A stretch of DNA of 62,412 nt, filler included, from Chiloscyllium plagiosum (GCF_004010195.1; 3 parts of one record of this genome joined end to end with filler, not necessarily neighbours in it); one strand, 5' to 3'; shown: positions 13,405-26,000, counted from the whole stretch's first letter. The notes: a model not told the origin generated them from the letters alone. Made by a program: numbers and translations.

Positions 13405-14570
13405 TTTTTTTTGACTCATTGTTATACAAAATATAACAGCACTAAAACACTAGACAAATAGGGACACAAGCATAAGGTACCCGAAATCTCACAAAATAAA
13501 AAGCACTACATAAAATAAAAATAAAGTTTTCGCACAAATTTCACAAATCGTTTTAAAAGATACCACAATGAAATATATCCAGCAAAGAGTCTGTTTCAGT
13601 CCCTCAGGGCAAAGTTTACAGCAGGCAAAAGCCCACAATATACAATTGCAAACACTTTACATATTACTTGCACCCTGGCACAACAGAAAGCAGTCTACAA
13701 AATACAACATAGCCAAAAACAACATTCAACAATGAAAACCACTGATTACATAACTCAACTCCCCCCGACACCCTTCAGTCCCCAGGTACCCTACACACTG
13801 CCTGACACCGGTCCAAACTCCATACTGATCAGTAGCTTTCCTGCGGGATAATCATCTGCCTTCCAATCTTCAGCCATTTTCCTCCAGCCCGGTCATCAAT
13901 CCTCTGGCTCACGTACTGGCTGGCCCTCCCCTGGCTAGCTTTCTTACAGGCATGCTGTTGGCTAGCTAGCCCCTGGCCACCCCGTGTCATTGACCTTCCA
14001 GCTCCCAGGTGCCCATGTACTGACTAGCCCACTCTGGCCCGTGTTCATCCAGATCAATTGTCGGCCACTTGGTCCCTGGCTTCCCCACGCACTAACTAGC
14101 CCGCAGCCTGTCTTCCAATCCATAGGCTGACCAAAGACTATCAATCCCACAGCACATCATGGTCCCCAGCTGACCTCCTAACTTCTAACTACCCAGCTCA
14201 ACACACATGAAAACCCCAAACACAAACACTTTTAAGACCTATATACAATAACAAAGTTTACAAAATCCTGACATAATAGGAATTCCCAATACCCAGGCAA
14301 AGTCCATACCCAAAGACAGAGTCCACGTCCAAGAGCAGACATGAAAGCAAGTGCGCACAGAAGTAAAGTTCACTCACGAGAATAGATTCCATCTGCGGAA
14401 ACATGGTCCACACACAAGAGATTAGCCGACCTGCAAGAGCACGACCCACAAACCTACAACACAAGGCCGGGCCGCATCACCGAGTCATCCTGGAACTCAC
14501 AGGTCTCTCCAACAGTATCATTGGCTGTTTATCCAGTCATTTCAGGAACCAGTTCTAACAAACAAACAAC
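13405..14570 (-). mobile_element. Non-coding poly(A)-tailed element A' (about 1.15 kb), relative of element A
   Basis: T8 at 13405-13412; shares the 3' end and gagtccac-type periodic motifs with element A. Confidence 0.55.
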
Positions 14571-15064
14571 AGTACATACTGGCTGCAACTCAGCCAGCAC
14601 AGAAATCAGTTCTCCTCGCTAGAGTCAGTCACCTGAACTGAGGAGTTTCTAAACACCAGTTTATATTTTTTTTTACACGTCATGTGGGTGCAGGTGTAGG
14701 ACACAATGAAGAACAACGATTGCCATAAATCTCCATTCATATTCCACCACTAGGAAGGAAGAAAACACCCGCCTGGCCAGTGACAAGCAGTGCCCACCTC
14801 AACAAAGGGTAATGTTGAGTGATCAAATATTGGAAAGGGAGGGCAGGGATTAAATCAAAACAGTTGTAGGGGGAAATAAAACCTTCCACTCCCCGCAGTG
14901 CCCACCTCTCTCTGAAAACCTCAAGGGTGTTAGTAGATACCACGTGCTCCTTCCAGAAGGACATCTGGGCCTGCACATAACTGCAGAAGAGGGTCAGGCA
15001 ATCGGCCATTACCACCCCCCCACCCCCACCCCGCGCTAACCAGCTGCTTGGAACTGTTTATGGC

Positions 15065-15276
15065 AGAGTGGTGCTGGAAAAGCACAGCATGTCAGGCAGC
15101 ATCCGAGGAGCAGGAAAATTAACATTTCGGGCTCAGCCCTTCATCAGGAATAGAAGGGCTTTTGCCCAAAACGTCAATTTTCCTGCTTCTCTGATGCTGG
15201 CTGACCTGCTGTGCTTTTCCAGCACCTCTCTGATCTAAATCCTGGTTTCCAGCATCTGCTGTCCTCACTTTTGCCC
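15065..15276. mobile_element. Hairpin mini-element with hammerhead-like core, 12-bp TSD
   Basis: Inverted arms gctggaaaagcacagc / gctgtgcttttccagc; minus strand CTGATGAagggctgagcccGAAA; TSD ACTGTTTATGGC at 15053-15064 and 15277-15288. Confidence 0.8.
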
Positions 15277-15360
15277 ACTGTTTATGGCCAGCCTGTCCTG
15301 TCCCAAAATCCATGAGGATGTCATCTGACCTGCCCTCCCCCCAATGTACTGGGTGAACAC

Positions 15361-16675
15361 AATGTATTTGGAAAGGCAAGGACTGATTCGGGATAGTCAA
15401 CATGGCTTTATGCACGGGAAATCATGTCTCAGAAACTTGATTGCATTTTTTGAAGAAGTAACAAAGAGGATTGCTGAGGGCAGAGCAGTAGATGTGATCT
15501 ATATGAACTTCAGTAAGCCTTCCACAAGGTTCCCCATGGGAAACTAGTGAGCAAGGTTAGATCTCAAGGAATACAGGGAGAACTAGCCATTTGGATACAG
15601 AACTGGCTCAAATGTTGAAGGGGTGGTGGTGGTGAAGGGTTGTTTTTCAGATGGGAGGCCTGTGACTAGTGGAGTGCCACAAGGATCGGTGCTGGGTCCA
15701 CTACTTATCATTTTTATATAAATGATTGGATGTGAGCATAAAAGGTATAGTTAGTAGGTTTGCAGATGACACCAAAATTGAAGGTGTAGTGGACAGCGAA
15801 GAAGGTCACCTCAGGTTACAATGGGAGCTTGATCAGTTGGGCCAATGGGCTGAGAAGTGACAGAGGGAGTTTAAATTTTTAATTTAATTAATGTGAGGTT
15901 CTGCATTTTGGGAAAGCAAATTTTAGCAGGACTTATACACTTGATGGTGAGATCTCATGGAATGTTGCTGAACAAAGACACCTTGAAGTGTAGGTTCATA
16001 GCTCCTTGAAAGTGGAGTCACAGGTATATAGATAGTGAAGAAAGTGTTAGGTATGCTTTCCTTTATTGGTCAGAGTATTGACTACAGGAGTTGTGGCTGT
16101 ACAGGACATTGATAATGGCACTGTTGGAATATTGCATGCAATTCTTATTTCTTTCCTTTGGAAAGATGTTGTGAAGCTTGAAAGGGTTCAAAAAAGACAT
16201 ACAAGGACGTTGCCAAGTTTGGAGGATTTGAACTATAGGGAGAGGTTGAATAGGCTGGGGCTGTTTTCCCTGGAGCATCGGAGGCTAAGGGGTGACATTA
16301 TAGAGATTTACAAAATTATGGGGGACAGGGATAGGATAAATAGACAAAGTATTTTCCCTGTGGTGGGGGAGTCCAGAACTAGAGGGCTAGTGAGCAAGGT
16401 TTAGGATGAGCGGGGAAAGATATAAAAGAGACCAAAGAGGCAACCTTTTCACGCAGAGGGTGGTACATGTATGAAATGAGCAGTCAGAGAAAGTGGTGGA
16501 GGCGAGTACAACATTTAGAAGGCATCTGGATGGGTATATGAATAGGAAGGGTTTGGAGGGATATGGGCCGGGTGCTGGCAGGGGGGACTAGATTGGGTTG
16601 GGATCTCTGGTCGGCATGGATGAGTTGGACTGAAGGGTCTGTTTCCGTTATGTACGTTTCTATGACTCTATGACT
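15361..16675 (+). mobile_element. 5'-truncated CR1 LINE
   Basis: SQHGFMHGKSCL, gtgccacaaggatcggtgctggg (GVPQGSVLG), FADD, ERLNRLGLFSLE; ctatgactctatgact tail. Confidence 0.88.
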
Positions 16676-17909
16676 GGGAAAAGGCGGCGGGGCGTGGGAC
16701 GGTGTAGAAGTAGGAGAAAGACATGCGTGGCACTTTCTGTCCCACCCCTTGGTTATCAGGTGATGGTGGGCAGTGCAGGGGCCCAATCCCCACACCCAGG
16801 ATGCAGAGACATAGCCACTGCAGGATGCAGGGCAGCAGTAGACCATCCCAAGGTCAGTGTTGGAGTCCGGATGAGCAGGGCAGCTCCTTGGCTCAGGAAC
16901 CCCAGGGCCAGGTGTCGGGAGGCCATGGCTAGGCACAGAGACCCTAGGGTCACCCACAATCAGGCGGGGCCAGGACACCAGATCAGGAGGCCGTGGGGCC
17001 CTGTGGCCAGGGGCCCAGTGTGGGACAATCCTGGCGCAGCCAGAAGGGTACCGCCAAGCCAGGGCAAGAGTCCAACTCCAAGGGGGTCACGGGTCTACAC
17101 CCACGGTGGCAAGCCTGACATGGCCCATCCTCTGCTGCGCCCCCTGCGCTGTTTGCTCACCCCCCACCTGCCAAAGGCTGATGCACCAGCCACCCCGGGC
17201 CCGGATCCCACTGACGCCCCACGACCCCGTCCTGAGGGAGGGTGAGAGGGTGCAGCAAGACCACATGCAACTGCCAGTGCAGACAGACAGCCCCCTGGGT
17301 GGGGCAGCCCCCAACATGACCCACCTCACGGCACAAATGACACCGCATGCAATCCACTGTCCGGAAGGCATGTTAGGCCATGCCCTCATGGTAACCTCCT
17401 CCAATCCCAGGCAAATGAACTCCTGGAGTGTACGTTTGAGGACTGGGTCCTTCAGACAGAGCACGAGCTGCTCAACTGAATCGACTTTCCCCGAGATGTT
17501 GGAGAGTGGTGAGGATGTGCTCACAGGCAATGAAGGGTGGATGTTGGAGACCACAAATTCCTGGACTGTGACCTTCAATGGGTCGATGGTAAGAAATGAG
17601 CCCGTTCTGCACAACCAGGTGGACTGCCTGCTCGGTCCGAAGGAAGAATGTATGTGGGCCACAGCGATGATGGCCCAGGGGCCGAACACACCAGCCATAG
17701 CCATGCCAGGGCAAGAAGAGGGTCGAGGCCACAGCAGCCGAGCCCAAGGCAATGGCCACCCTGGCACAAGCATGGCCTGGGCCTGACACACCGGAGTCCG
17801 CCACTGCGTGCCACTGGACGACTCCAGCAGATCTTCAGCACAGGAGGCCAAGACTGCACCTGTGGATCTGGGGATGTCCAGGCCGCTGCAACAGCAGCAA
17901 CAGCTCACA

Positions 17910-20900
17910 ACCCAAAAACAACAAAAAGGCTATGCTGAGTGATCAAAAAGGTAAAAAAGGAGAGGGCAAGGATTAAATCAAAATAGAGTCGAAGGAAGAA
18001 ATAAAGGACTCCACACGCCCCGGTGCCCACCTATAGGGTGTTGATAGACACCGCATATTCCTTCTCCAGGAACACCTGGGCCCACACATAACTGTGGAAG
18101 AGGGGCAGGCAATTGGTCATAATGACCTCCTCCTTGGCTTGCTGCCCGACCTGTTATGGCCAGCCTACCTAAGCACGGGAGCAAACTTATGAGGTGGTCT
18201 GACCTGCTGTCCCCCCCCCCTCCACATCAGTGTCCAAAGATCATGAGCGTGGGGCTGAAGTGCAACCAAAAACATAAAAGAAAGTCTTTAAGGAAACTAA
18301 GAAAGGAGTGCAGACGCTCACACCCCATATTTACATGGTGCACAGACTCCATAGCACCACAGAACAAGCAGTTGGGCTGGGTGTCCATGAACCACTGCAA
18401 TCTGTGTTTGCAGGGGTCTGCTGCATGCAACTCTGTTTAACCCAAGTCCTCGAGTGAAAGGGGGAGGATTCCTGTGTAGAGAGCCCTCCACTGGGGACCC
18501 CTACCCCTGGTGGCAAATGGACATGCCAAGGCATGTCTGGGTGGTGGATAAGGGAGAAGAAGTGGACAGTATGCAGCAGCAGTTGATGCAGGGTCCGCCG
18601 TTTTATGTCCCTAAAGGGGACAAAACTAAAATTCTGGAGGTGTCGCTGGTTGTGGGGCACAGGCTCCCGCAGGAAACATGGAACCTTGGGGCCAATGTGA
18701 AACCCCAGCTGGGCAGGGATATTGCATGGAAGGGATTCCACTGCACACCTGAGCATCCTCCAATTGGTGCACTATGTTGTGACCAAGTACTGCTGTCTTA
18801 AGGCATTGAATGGCACTGGCCATGAACCAGATGTCTCCCGCTGCCCTGATCACCAAATCGTGGCAGCATCCAGCCCAGGCCACCGCCACCCTGCACGTGA
18901 GTACAGAGGTGTGTATTCCTGAGCGACGGCTCCCTACAATGGCTACTGCTTTTGTCTGCTGCTTCTGTCGGAGGGTAGGTGCGACGTGATTTGACCATGT
19001 TCCAGATAGTGATCAGGTAAAAGAAAAGCAGCATCCTGAGGCCAATGTCCAAATTATCATGACCAATAAACAGGAGCTGCATGCTGTAGTTGAGGCTGCA
19101 CACATGGTGGAAAAAATACATCGCCAAAGCACACCACCAAGGAGGAGGCTCAACGTAAAAGTATAATTGCAAGGTCTGAAGGTGGAAAGTCACCACCTGG
19201 TTGTGAGCACACAGCAATGACTGACTGCTCTCCTCAATAGGGAAACTCAGAACCTGTGCTATGATCTAGTGCATCTTTTTGTCCCAGAAGAAGTGAACCA
19301 ACGTTCTCTGGATTTCAAAGACATAACCAGGAGGAGGGACCAAAGGGACCAGCTGGTACCATAGCATGACAGTCACTGGCTGATTTTTGAGCAGCACTCA
19401 ACTCCTGTAAGACAGCACTCAGAACAGTCCTATCCTGTGGCTTAGGCGGCCGAGACTTTGGCCTCCAGCTCCTGCCAATTGGTCAGCCAGGATTCCTCAG
19501 CCGGGCTAAGGTAGACCCCCAGATACAGGAAATCGGTACTACCCCAACTTAACTCCCATTACTCCTTTGGCAGAGGGTCCACCTGCCACAGACCAACCAG
19601 TAGTCCAGAACACTCAACCCACTTAATCCTGGTAAAAGATGCCACCAAGTGTACCGCCTGGCACTCGCGTATCCTCCACAAGTCAGCTGGGTTGGTGAAA
19701 GTGAGGATCACTTTGGCATAAGGCCAGAGGACCACCCCCATGTCCACACAATGCAGAACCAGCCCCAACGACTTTATCCGCAAAAGGCACAGGAAAGGCT
19801 CCATGCACAGGGAATACAGTTGATAGACAGGAGGCAGCCTTGATGTACCCCTCTCCCAAAGCGAAGGGGCGCTGTCAGGGACCTGTTAACTTTAATCAGA
19901 CACTCTGTGGCAGTGCACAAAGTTGGATCCAGGTGACGAACTGCATCCCAAACCCCAATGCCCGCAGAGTCCTGAGCAGATACTCATGCTCAACCCTGTC
20001 GAATGCCTTCTCCTGATCGAGAGACAGGAAAGCACTTGGCAGATCAGCCTGTCGACAGAAATGAATCAGTTCCTGGACCAGAAGGGCACTGTTGTGTATC
20101 CTGTAGCCTGGGACCATGTAGGACTGGTCTGGATGAATCATGTGGGCCAGCATAGAAACCAGGTGAGAAGGCAACACCCTGGTGAAAATTTTGTAATCCA
20201 TGCCAAGGAGGGAGACCACAGATGCCAGTTCTTCAGAGAACGAAGGTCCCATGTCTTCAACAGCAGAACGATAGCTGCCCTGCACCAAGAAAGGGCAGCT
20301 CTCCTGCTGTGAGACCCTCCTCCAGGACCTGCATGCGGTTGCTCCCCAGGATATCACAAATGCGCTGAAGAACTCCACAGTGAGCCCATCTAGCCCTGAG
20401 GATTTGCCTCTCAATAACCAAGTGCGCTGGTTAGTGCCTCCAAGCTGATATGATCATTGAGCCTTCCTGCATCCTCCAGGCTGAGCTGCGGCAGGTCCTC
20501 TCACAGAACTCTGTGAGCAACCTAGCTGGATAGATTGGAAGAGAACAGGGCCATGCAAAAGGAGTGTAAAAGTCCTGATGTCCTCCAGATCTGAGATGAG
20601 GGACCCTTCATCAGCTAGCTGCTTACGGGTGCCGCACTTTTTTCCAGCAAGTAGAAGGGCAAGCCGCATTCCAGGTTCTGGAGGAGCCCGATCCATGACC
20701 ATTGGACCAGAGAAGCTGCAGGTCCCAGAGAGCGACCTTCTTCTCTTCTTACACACCGTAGGGCTGGGTCCCCGTTGGGCTGATCGAGACATGACTCCAG
20801 GTCTTCTCCAACTTCTCGATCCTGCATTTCCGCCTCTCTGTCAACCCCCTCGTGTACACCTGACAGAAAAGATGGATGTGAGCCTTGCCCATGTCCCAAC

Positions 20901-21420
20901 ATAGCATCAGGGAGGGGAAGGTTCCCCGCTTCCTTCTCCAGTTGCTCCAGAACCAACAAACGAGTCCTGGAACTGCTTGTCCTCCAGTAGCAGATTGTTC
21001 TAGTGCCAGTACGCGGATCTGAGCCAGGCGCTGAGTGGAAGGAGTTCTGCCTACAGCAGGTGATGGTCTGAGCACAGTGCCTGTCACATAGAGGTCGCTG
21101 GAAAGCAGGAGGCATACGCCTATGAAACATACAGGTGGTCGATTCTGTACTTACCAACTCCAGGCCTCATGAAGGCAGTATGGATATTCCAGCAGACACC
21201 CACCAGGTTGAAGGATTGACTAAGTCCCCAAACCTCCTCCCTGACACCAAACCAGATCATAGTCCCTGTCCTTGAGGATGCAGTTAAAATCCACCCCCCC
21301 AAGGACAATGCACTAGCCTTCTTTGATGGAGGAGAGATGAGTGGACACTTCTTCGTAGAATTATGTTTGCCTGGGTCCAACCATGGGAATGTAGATGTAC
21401 ATGAAATGACGCATCACGAA
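17910..21420 (-). mobile_element. Tx1-clade LINE copy C (ORF2 endonuclease-RT-C-terminal zinc finger), decayed
   Basis: GKSSGLDGLTVEFF, MIHPDQSYMVPG, LSLDQEKAFDRVEHEYL, SRIDHLY-like endonuclease motif, CLFCGAMESVHHVNMGC; 3' end parallels 14810-14990. Confidence 0.85.
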
Positions 21421-21567
21421 GGGTTTAGAGGGATATGGGCCAGGTGCTGGCAGATGGGACTAGATTGGGTTGGGATGACTGGTCGGCACAGTTAGACCGA
21501 AGGGTCTGTTTCTGTGCTGTATATCTCTATGATTCTATGACTCTATGTGGAAAATTCCAGATTTATT

Positions 21568-21875
21568 GGCCGGCACAATGGCTCAGTGTTAGTACTGCTG
21601 CCTCACAGCACCAGGGTCCCAGATTCAATTCCAGCCTTGGGTGACTGTCTGTGTGGAGTTTGCACATTCTCCCTTGGCTGCATGGGTTTCCTCCAGGTGC
21701 TCGGTTTCCTCCCACAGTCCAAAGATGTGCAGGTCAGATGAATTGGCAATGTTAAATTGTCCATAGTATTAGGTGCATTAGTCAGAGGGGGAGTGGGTTG
21801 CTCTTCAGAGGGTCATAGTGGACCTGTTAGGTCGAAGGGCCTGTTTCCACATTGTGGAGAATCTAATCTAATCTA
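21568..21875 (+). mobile_element. HE1-type SINE, preceded by a CR1 3' tail at about 21415-21546
   Basis: ggcacaatggctcagtgttagtactgctgcctcacagc...aatctaatctaatct. Confidence 0.8.
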
Positions 21876-21974
21876 AAAAATGGGGGTCGACTTTTACATG
21901 AGATCAACTTTTATGTGAATATATGTGTAATTTGAAGTAGCAACAAAAGTGATAGAAGGAAAAAGGAGTGGATA

Positions 21975-23222
21975 AGATGTTGGTTTGCTCGCTGAGCTTA
22001 AGGGTTCATTTCCAGATATTTCATCACCCTCTGGGTAACATCTTCAGTGGGCCTCAGGCAAAGCACTGCTGAAAATTCCTGCTTTCTATTTATATGTTTG
22101 GGTTTCTTTAGGTTGGTGATGTCATTTCCTGTGGTGATGTTATTTCCTTTGGTGAAGTCACTTCCTGTTCCTTTACGCAGGGGGTGGTAGATGGGGTCTA
22201 ACCCAATGTGTTTGTTGATAGAGTTCCAGTTGGAATGCCATGCTTTTAGGAATTCTTGTGCGTGTCTTTGTTTGCTTGTCCTAGGATGGATGTGTTGTCC
22301 CAGTCAAAGTGATGTCCTTCGTCATCCGTATATAAGGATATTAGTGAGAGAGGGTCATTTTCTGCCTGTTTGTCCAATGTAGTGTTTGTTACAGTCCTTG
22401 CATGGTAACTTGTAAGGGACATTGGTTTTGCTTATTAGGGTCTTTCAAGTTCATTAACTGCTGTTCCAGTGTGTTGTTGGTTTTGTGGGCTACCATGATG
22501 CCAAGAGGTCTGAGTAGTCTGGCAGTCATTTCCGAGATGTCTTTGAAGTAGGGGAGAGTAGCTAGGGTTTCTGGACGTGTTTTGTCTGCTTGTTTGGGTT
22601 TATTGCTGAGAAATCGGTGGACTGTGTTCATTGGGTACCCATTCTTTTTGAATACGCAGGATAGGTGATTTTCCTCTGCTCTGCGTAGTTCCTCTGTGCT
22701 ATAGTGTGTGTTGGCTCATTGAATTAATGTTCTGATGCAGCTTCGTTTGTGGATGTTGGGGTGACTGCTTCTGTAGTTCAATATTTGGTCTGTATGTGTT
22801 GTTTTCCTGAAGATGCTGGTTTGAAGTTCCCCATTGGCTGTTGGCTCTACTGTGACATCTAGGAATGACATTTTGTTGTTGTTTTCCTCCTCTTAAGTGA
22901 ATTTTATGCCATTAAGAGTATTATTGATAGTCTTGAAGGTTTCCTCTAATTTGTTTCGTTGAGTGATGACAAAGGTGTCATCCACATAACGGACCCAAAG
23001 TTTGGGTTGGATGGTTGCCAGAGCTGTTTGTTCAAGTTTCTGCATTTCTGCCTCTGCTAAGAACCCCGATATTGGAGATCCCATGGGTGTTCCATTGGTT
23101 TGTCTGTAGGTTTTGTTGTTGAAGGTGAAGGTGGAGCATAGGCCCACCAGTTTGATTATACTGTCCTTGTTGATAAAGTTAGTGGTGTTTGGTGTATGTG
23201 TCTTTGGGTCTTCTAATAGTGT
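21975..23222 (-). mobile_element. Penelope-like element (RT plus GIY-YIG remnant, hammerhead-like terminus)
   Basis: QTNGTPMGSPISGFLAE, WVRYVDDTFVI, ATLPYFKDISEMTARLLRPLGI; minus strand CTGAAGAtgttacccagagggtgatGAAA at about 22015-22050. Confidence 0.85.
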
Positions 23223-23299
23223 GGGAGTGGATAGGGTTTGGGATGCAGTGGAGGCTTGTTCAGTCGAGGATTCAAAAAAGGAACTTGTATTATTATTTA

Positions 23300-24000
23300 A
23301 ACAGGAGTAAGGTAAAGGGTACAGGATAAAAGCAAGAGAACCACTGGAAGGCTCTGAGGAAGAGAGGGGTGAATGTTGAAGCCCAGGTTAATAAGGTGCT
23401 TAAGACAAACAGGACCCTTGCCTTGATCAGTCATCACATAAGAGTAGGAAGGTCATGTTGGAGCTGTCCAGAACTATGGTTAGGCTACAGCTAGAGTGTT
23501 ACCTGCAGTTCTAGTCACCACACGGCAGAAAGAATGCGATTGTAGTGGATGGGGTTCACCAGGACGTTGCCTAGGATAGAGCATTCAATTATGGAGAGAG
23601 TCTGGATAAATGCAAGTTTGTTTTCTTTGCAACAGAGCAAGTCGAGGGCATGGGCAAGTGGGTGTATTATTGGGAGAAGACCTGAAATGTGTATAACAGG
23701 AGGAGAGGGAATAGCTGCTCTCTATTTGCCCTTAGTCGAAGGTTCAATAACAAGGAGGCATCATTATAAAGTGAAAGACAGAGGTTTAGGAGGAGATTTA
23801 ACAAAATCTTTTCACCCAGAGGGCGGCGGGAGTCTGAAAGAGTAGCTAAGGCAGGAAACAATCTTAAAAAGTACTTGGATGAGCATTCAAATCATAACAT
23901 TCAAAGCTACGGGCCTAGTGCAGGAAAGTGGGACTAGTGTAGATAGTAGCATACTTTTTGCAGTACAGACTCAATGTGAAGGGCTTCTTCTGTACTATTT
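23300..24000 (+). mobile_element. Degenerate CR1 3' fragment
   Basis: Remnant VQFWSP and FFT.RV...W motifs, gaagggc 3'UTR. Confidence 0.55.
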
Positions 24001-24804
24001 GGCTCTAATTTTATAGCGGCACGAGGTGAAATCTTCATTTGGATAGCCAGTGCAGACATAATAGACCAAACTGTCTCCTTTGAGTGTTAAAATGCCCAAT
24101 GCTGTTTCAAAGTTGAACTCAAATCAAGCTTCAACAGTTATCAAAAGTAAATGCCTTAGGGGTTCGTATAGCTGGGAGAGGAACAAAAAGGAGAAAAGAT
24201 TGACATCATATAAGTAAGGATATTTTATAGCTCATCTATATATTTAATATATAGCTTCTGAGTGTTCCTAAGTAAATAAAGCCTTCCAATATAAAACTAC
24301 CATTTTCAGTTAAATTCTGAAGTTAAGAATTTATATCATTTACTCTATTTCCCGATTTTGAATAAAATTTGAAACACTGCTTTTATACTCAAACATCAGA
24401 ACTTCTGCATAATACATGCTCCATCACATTTTGCAAACTTCAACTCTATTACATAATAATAGAATTACGGACATAATCACAAAGAGTATGTTAAAATAAT
24501 TTAAAATCAGTAAAACCACCAATCAGATTAAAACAATGTAAACATTGTTATGAGCATATTATGCCATAAAAAGCTACATTCATCCCATGTGTATACAAAC
24601 ACCCACCCACCACCTGGAAAATGCTAGAATCTTATTCAAGTCAAATATGCCACAAGTACAATATGTTGTTTGGCTGGTCACAAAGTCCAAGTAAGTCAAT
24701 TACAGTTGCAGGTTAAATAAATAGAATCTTGTTTTAGAACCTGACTGACAATGCCGTACAGCAGGAAACTGATCTGCCTTAATCACAGAAATACTGGCTA
24801 TTCT

Positions 24805-25495
24805 GGATGTACGTATGCTCACTGAACTGGAATGTTCATTTCCAGACGTTTTGTCACCCTACTAGGTAACATCTTCAGTGGGCTTCCAGGCGAAGCACTG
24901 CTGCAGATTCCTGCTTTGTATTTGTATGTTTGGGCTTCTTTGGGTTGGTGATGTCATTTCCTGTGGTGATTCCATTTCCTGTTCTTTTTCTGAAGGGGTG
25001 GTAGAGGAGATCTAACTCTAATTGATAGAGTTCCGATTGGAATACCATGCTTCGAGGAATTCTCGTGCATGTCTCAGGCGAAGCACTGCTGAAAATTCCT
25101 GCTTTCTATTTATATATTTGGTTTCTTTGGGTTGGGCGATGTCATTTCTTGTGGTGATGTTATTTCCTGTGGTGAAGTCACTTCCTGTTCCTTTACGCAG
25201 GGGGTGGTAGCTGAGGTCTAACTCGATGTGTTTGTTGGTTAGAATGCCATGCTTCAAGGAATTCTCATGTGTTTCTTTGTTTGACTTGTCCTAGGATGGA
25301 TGTGTTGTCCCAGTCGAAGTGGTGTCCTTCCTTATCTGTATGAAAGGATACTAGTGAGAGAGGGTCATGTTGTTTTGTGGCTAGTTGATGTTCATGTATC
25401 CTGATGGCTAGATTTCTGCCTAGTTGTCCTATGTAGTATTTGTTGCATGATACATGAACATCAACTAGCCATAAAACGATATGACCCCCTCTCAG
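24805..25495 (-). mobile_element. Penelope-like 3' fragments in tandem, with a short inverted segment
   Basis: YYIGQLGRNLAIRIHEH (GIY-YIG); caggcgaagcactgctg repeated at about 24887 and 25075; about 25449-25495 is the reverse complement of about 25352-25400. Confidence 0.75.
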
Positions 25496-26000
25496 CAGTG
25501 AAGGCAACCCAGGTAGCAGCAGCAAAAGTCTTGACTGTCGGTGGGGTCCAGGCAGCATCAGAATAGGTGGAGCTCATGCAGTATCAGTGGAGGCAGGCCC
25601 TGGCAACAATAGTGGAGGTAAGCCCAGGTAGCAGCAGTGAAGGTAAGCCCAGGTAACGGTGGGGCCCAGGCAGCAGTAGTGAAAGCAGGCACAGGCAGTT
25701 GCAGCAGCAACAGCCCTGAGTATTGGTGAGGTCCAGGCAACAGCAGAATAGGCGGAGACCAGGCAGTAGCAGTGGAGGCAGGCACAGGCAATGGTATTGG
25801 AGGTAGGCCCAGGCAACAGTAGTGGAGGCAGGTCCAGGCTGCAGCAGCAGTCCTGAATGTTGGTGAGGTCCAGGCAACAGAATAAGTCAGTGGAGGCAGG
25901 CCTGGCACCAGCAACAGTCCTTGAAGTTTAGGCGGGGTCTAGACAGCAACAGTTAAAGCAGGCCTAGACATTGGTGAGGCCTGGCTGCAACAGGAGCAAT
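25495..26000. repeat. Degenerate GC-rich minisatellite, unit of about 25 bp (agtggaggcaggcccaggcagcagc)
   Basis: ccaggca(g/a)cag and agtggaggc motifs recur throughout. Confidence 0.7.

Larger units (their letters stand above)
14666..17905 (-). mobile_element. Tx1-clade LINE copy B (ORF1 plus ORF2 C-terminus and 3'UTR; middle replaced by a CR1)
   Basis: T9 tail at 14666-14674; KEHVVSTNTLEVFRERWALRGVEGFISP; ORF1 at 16680-17900 with VVSNIHPSLP and the CHLCREVGH knuckle. Confidence 0.75.

Noticed and set aside
17106..17786. 226-aa plus-strand ORF and overlapping long ORFs
   Set aside because: Antisense shadows of the GC-rich Tx1 ORF1, with no independent gene signal.
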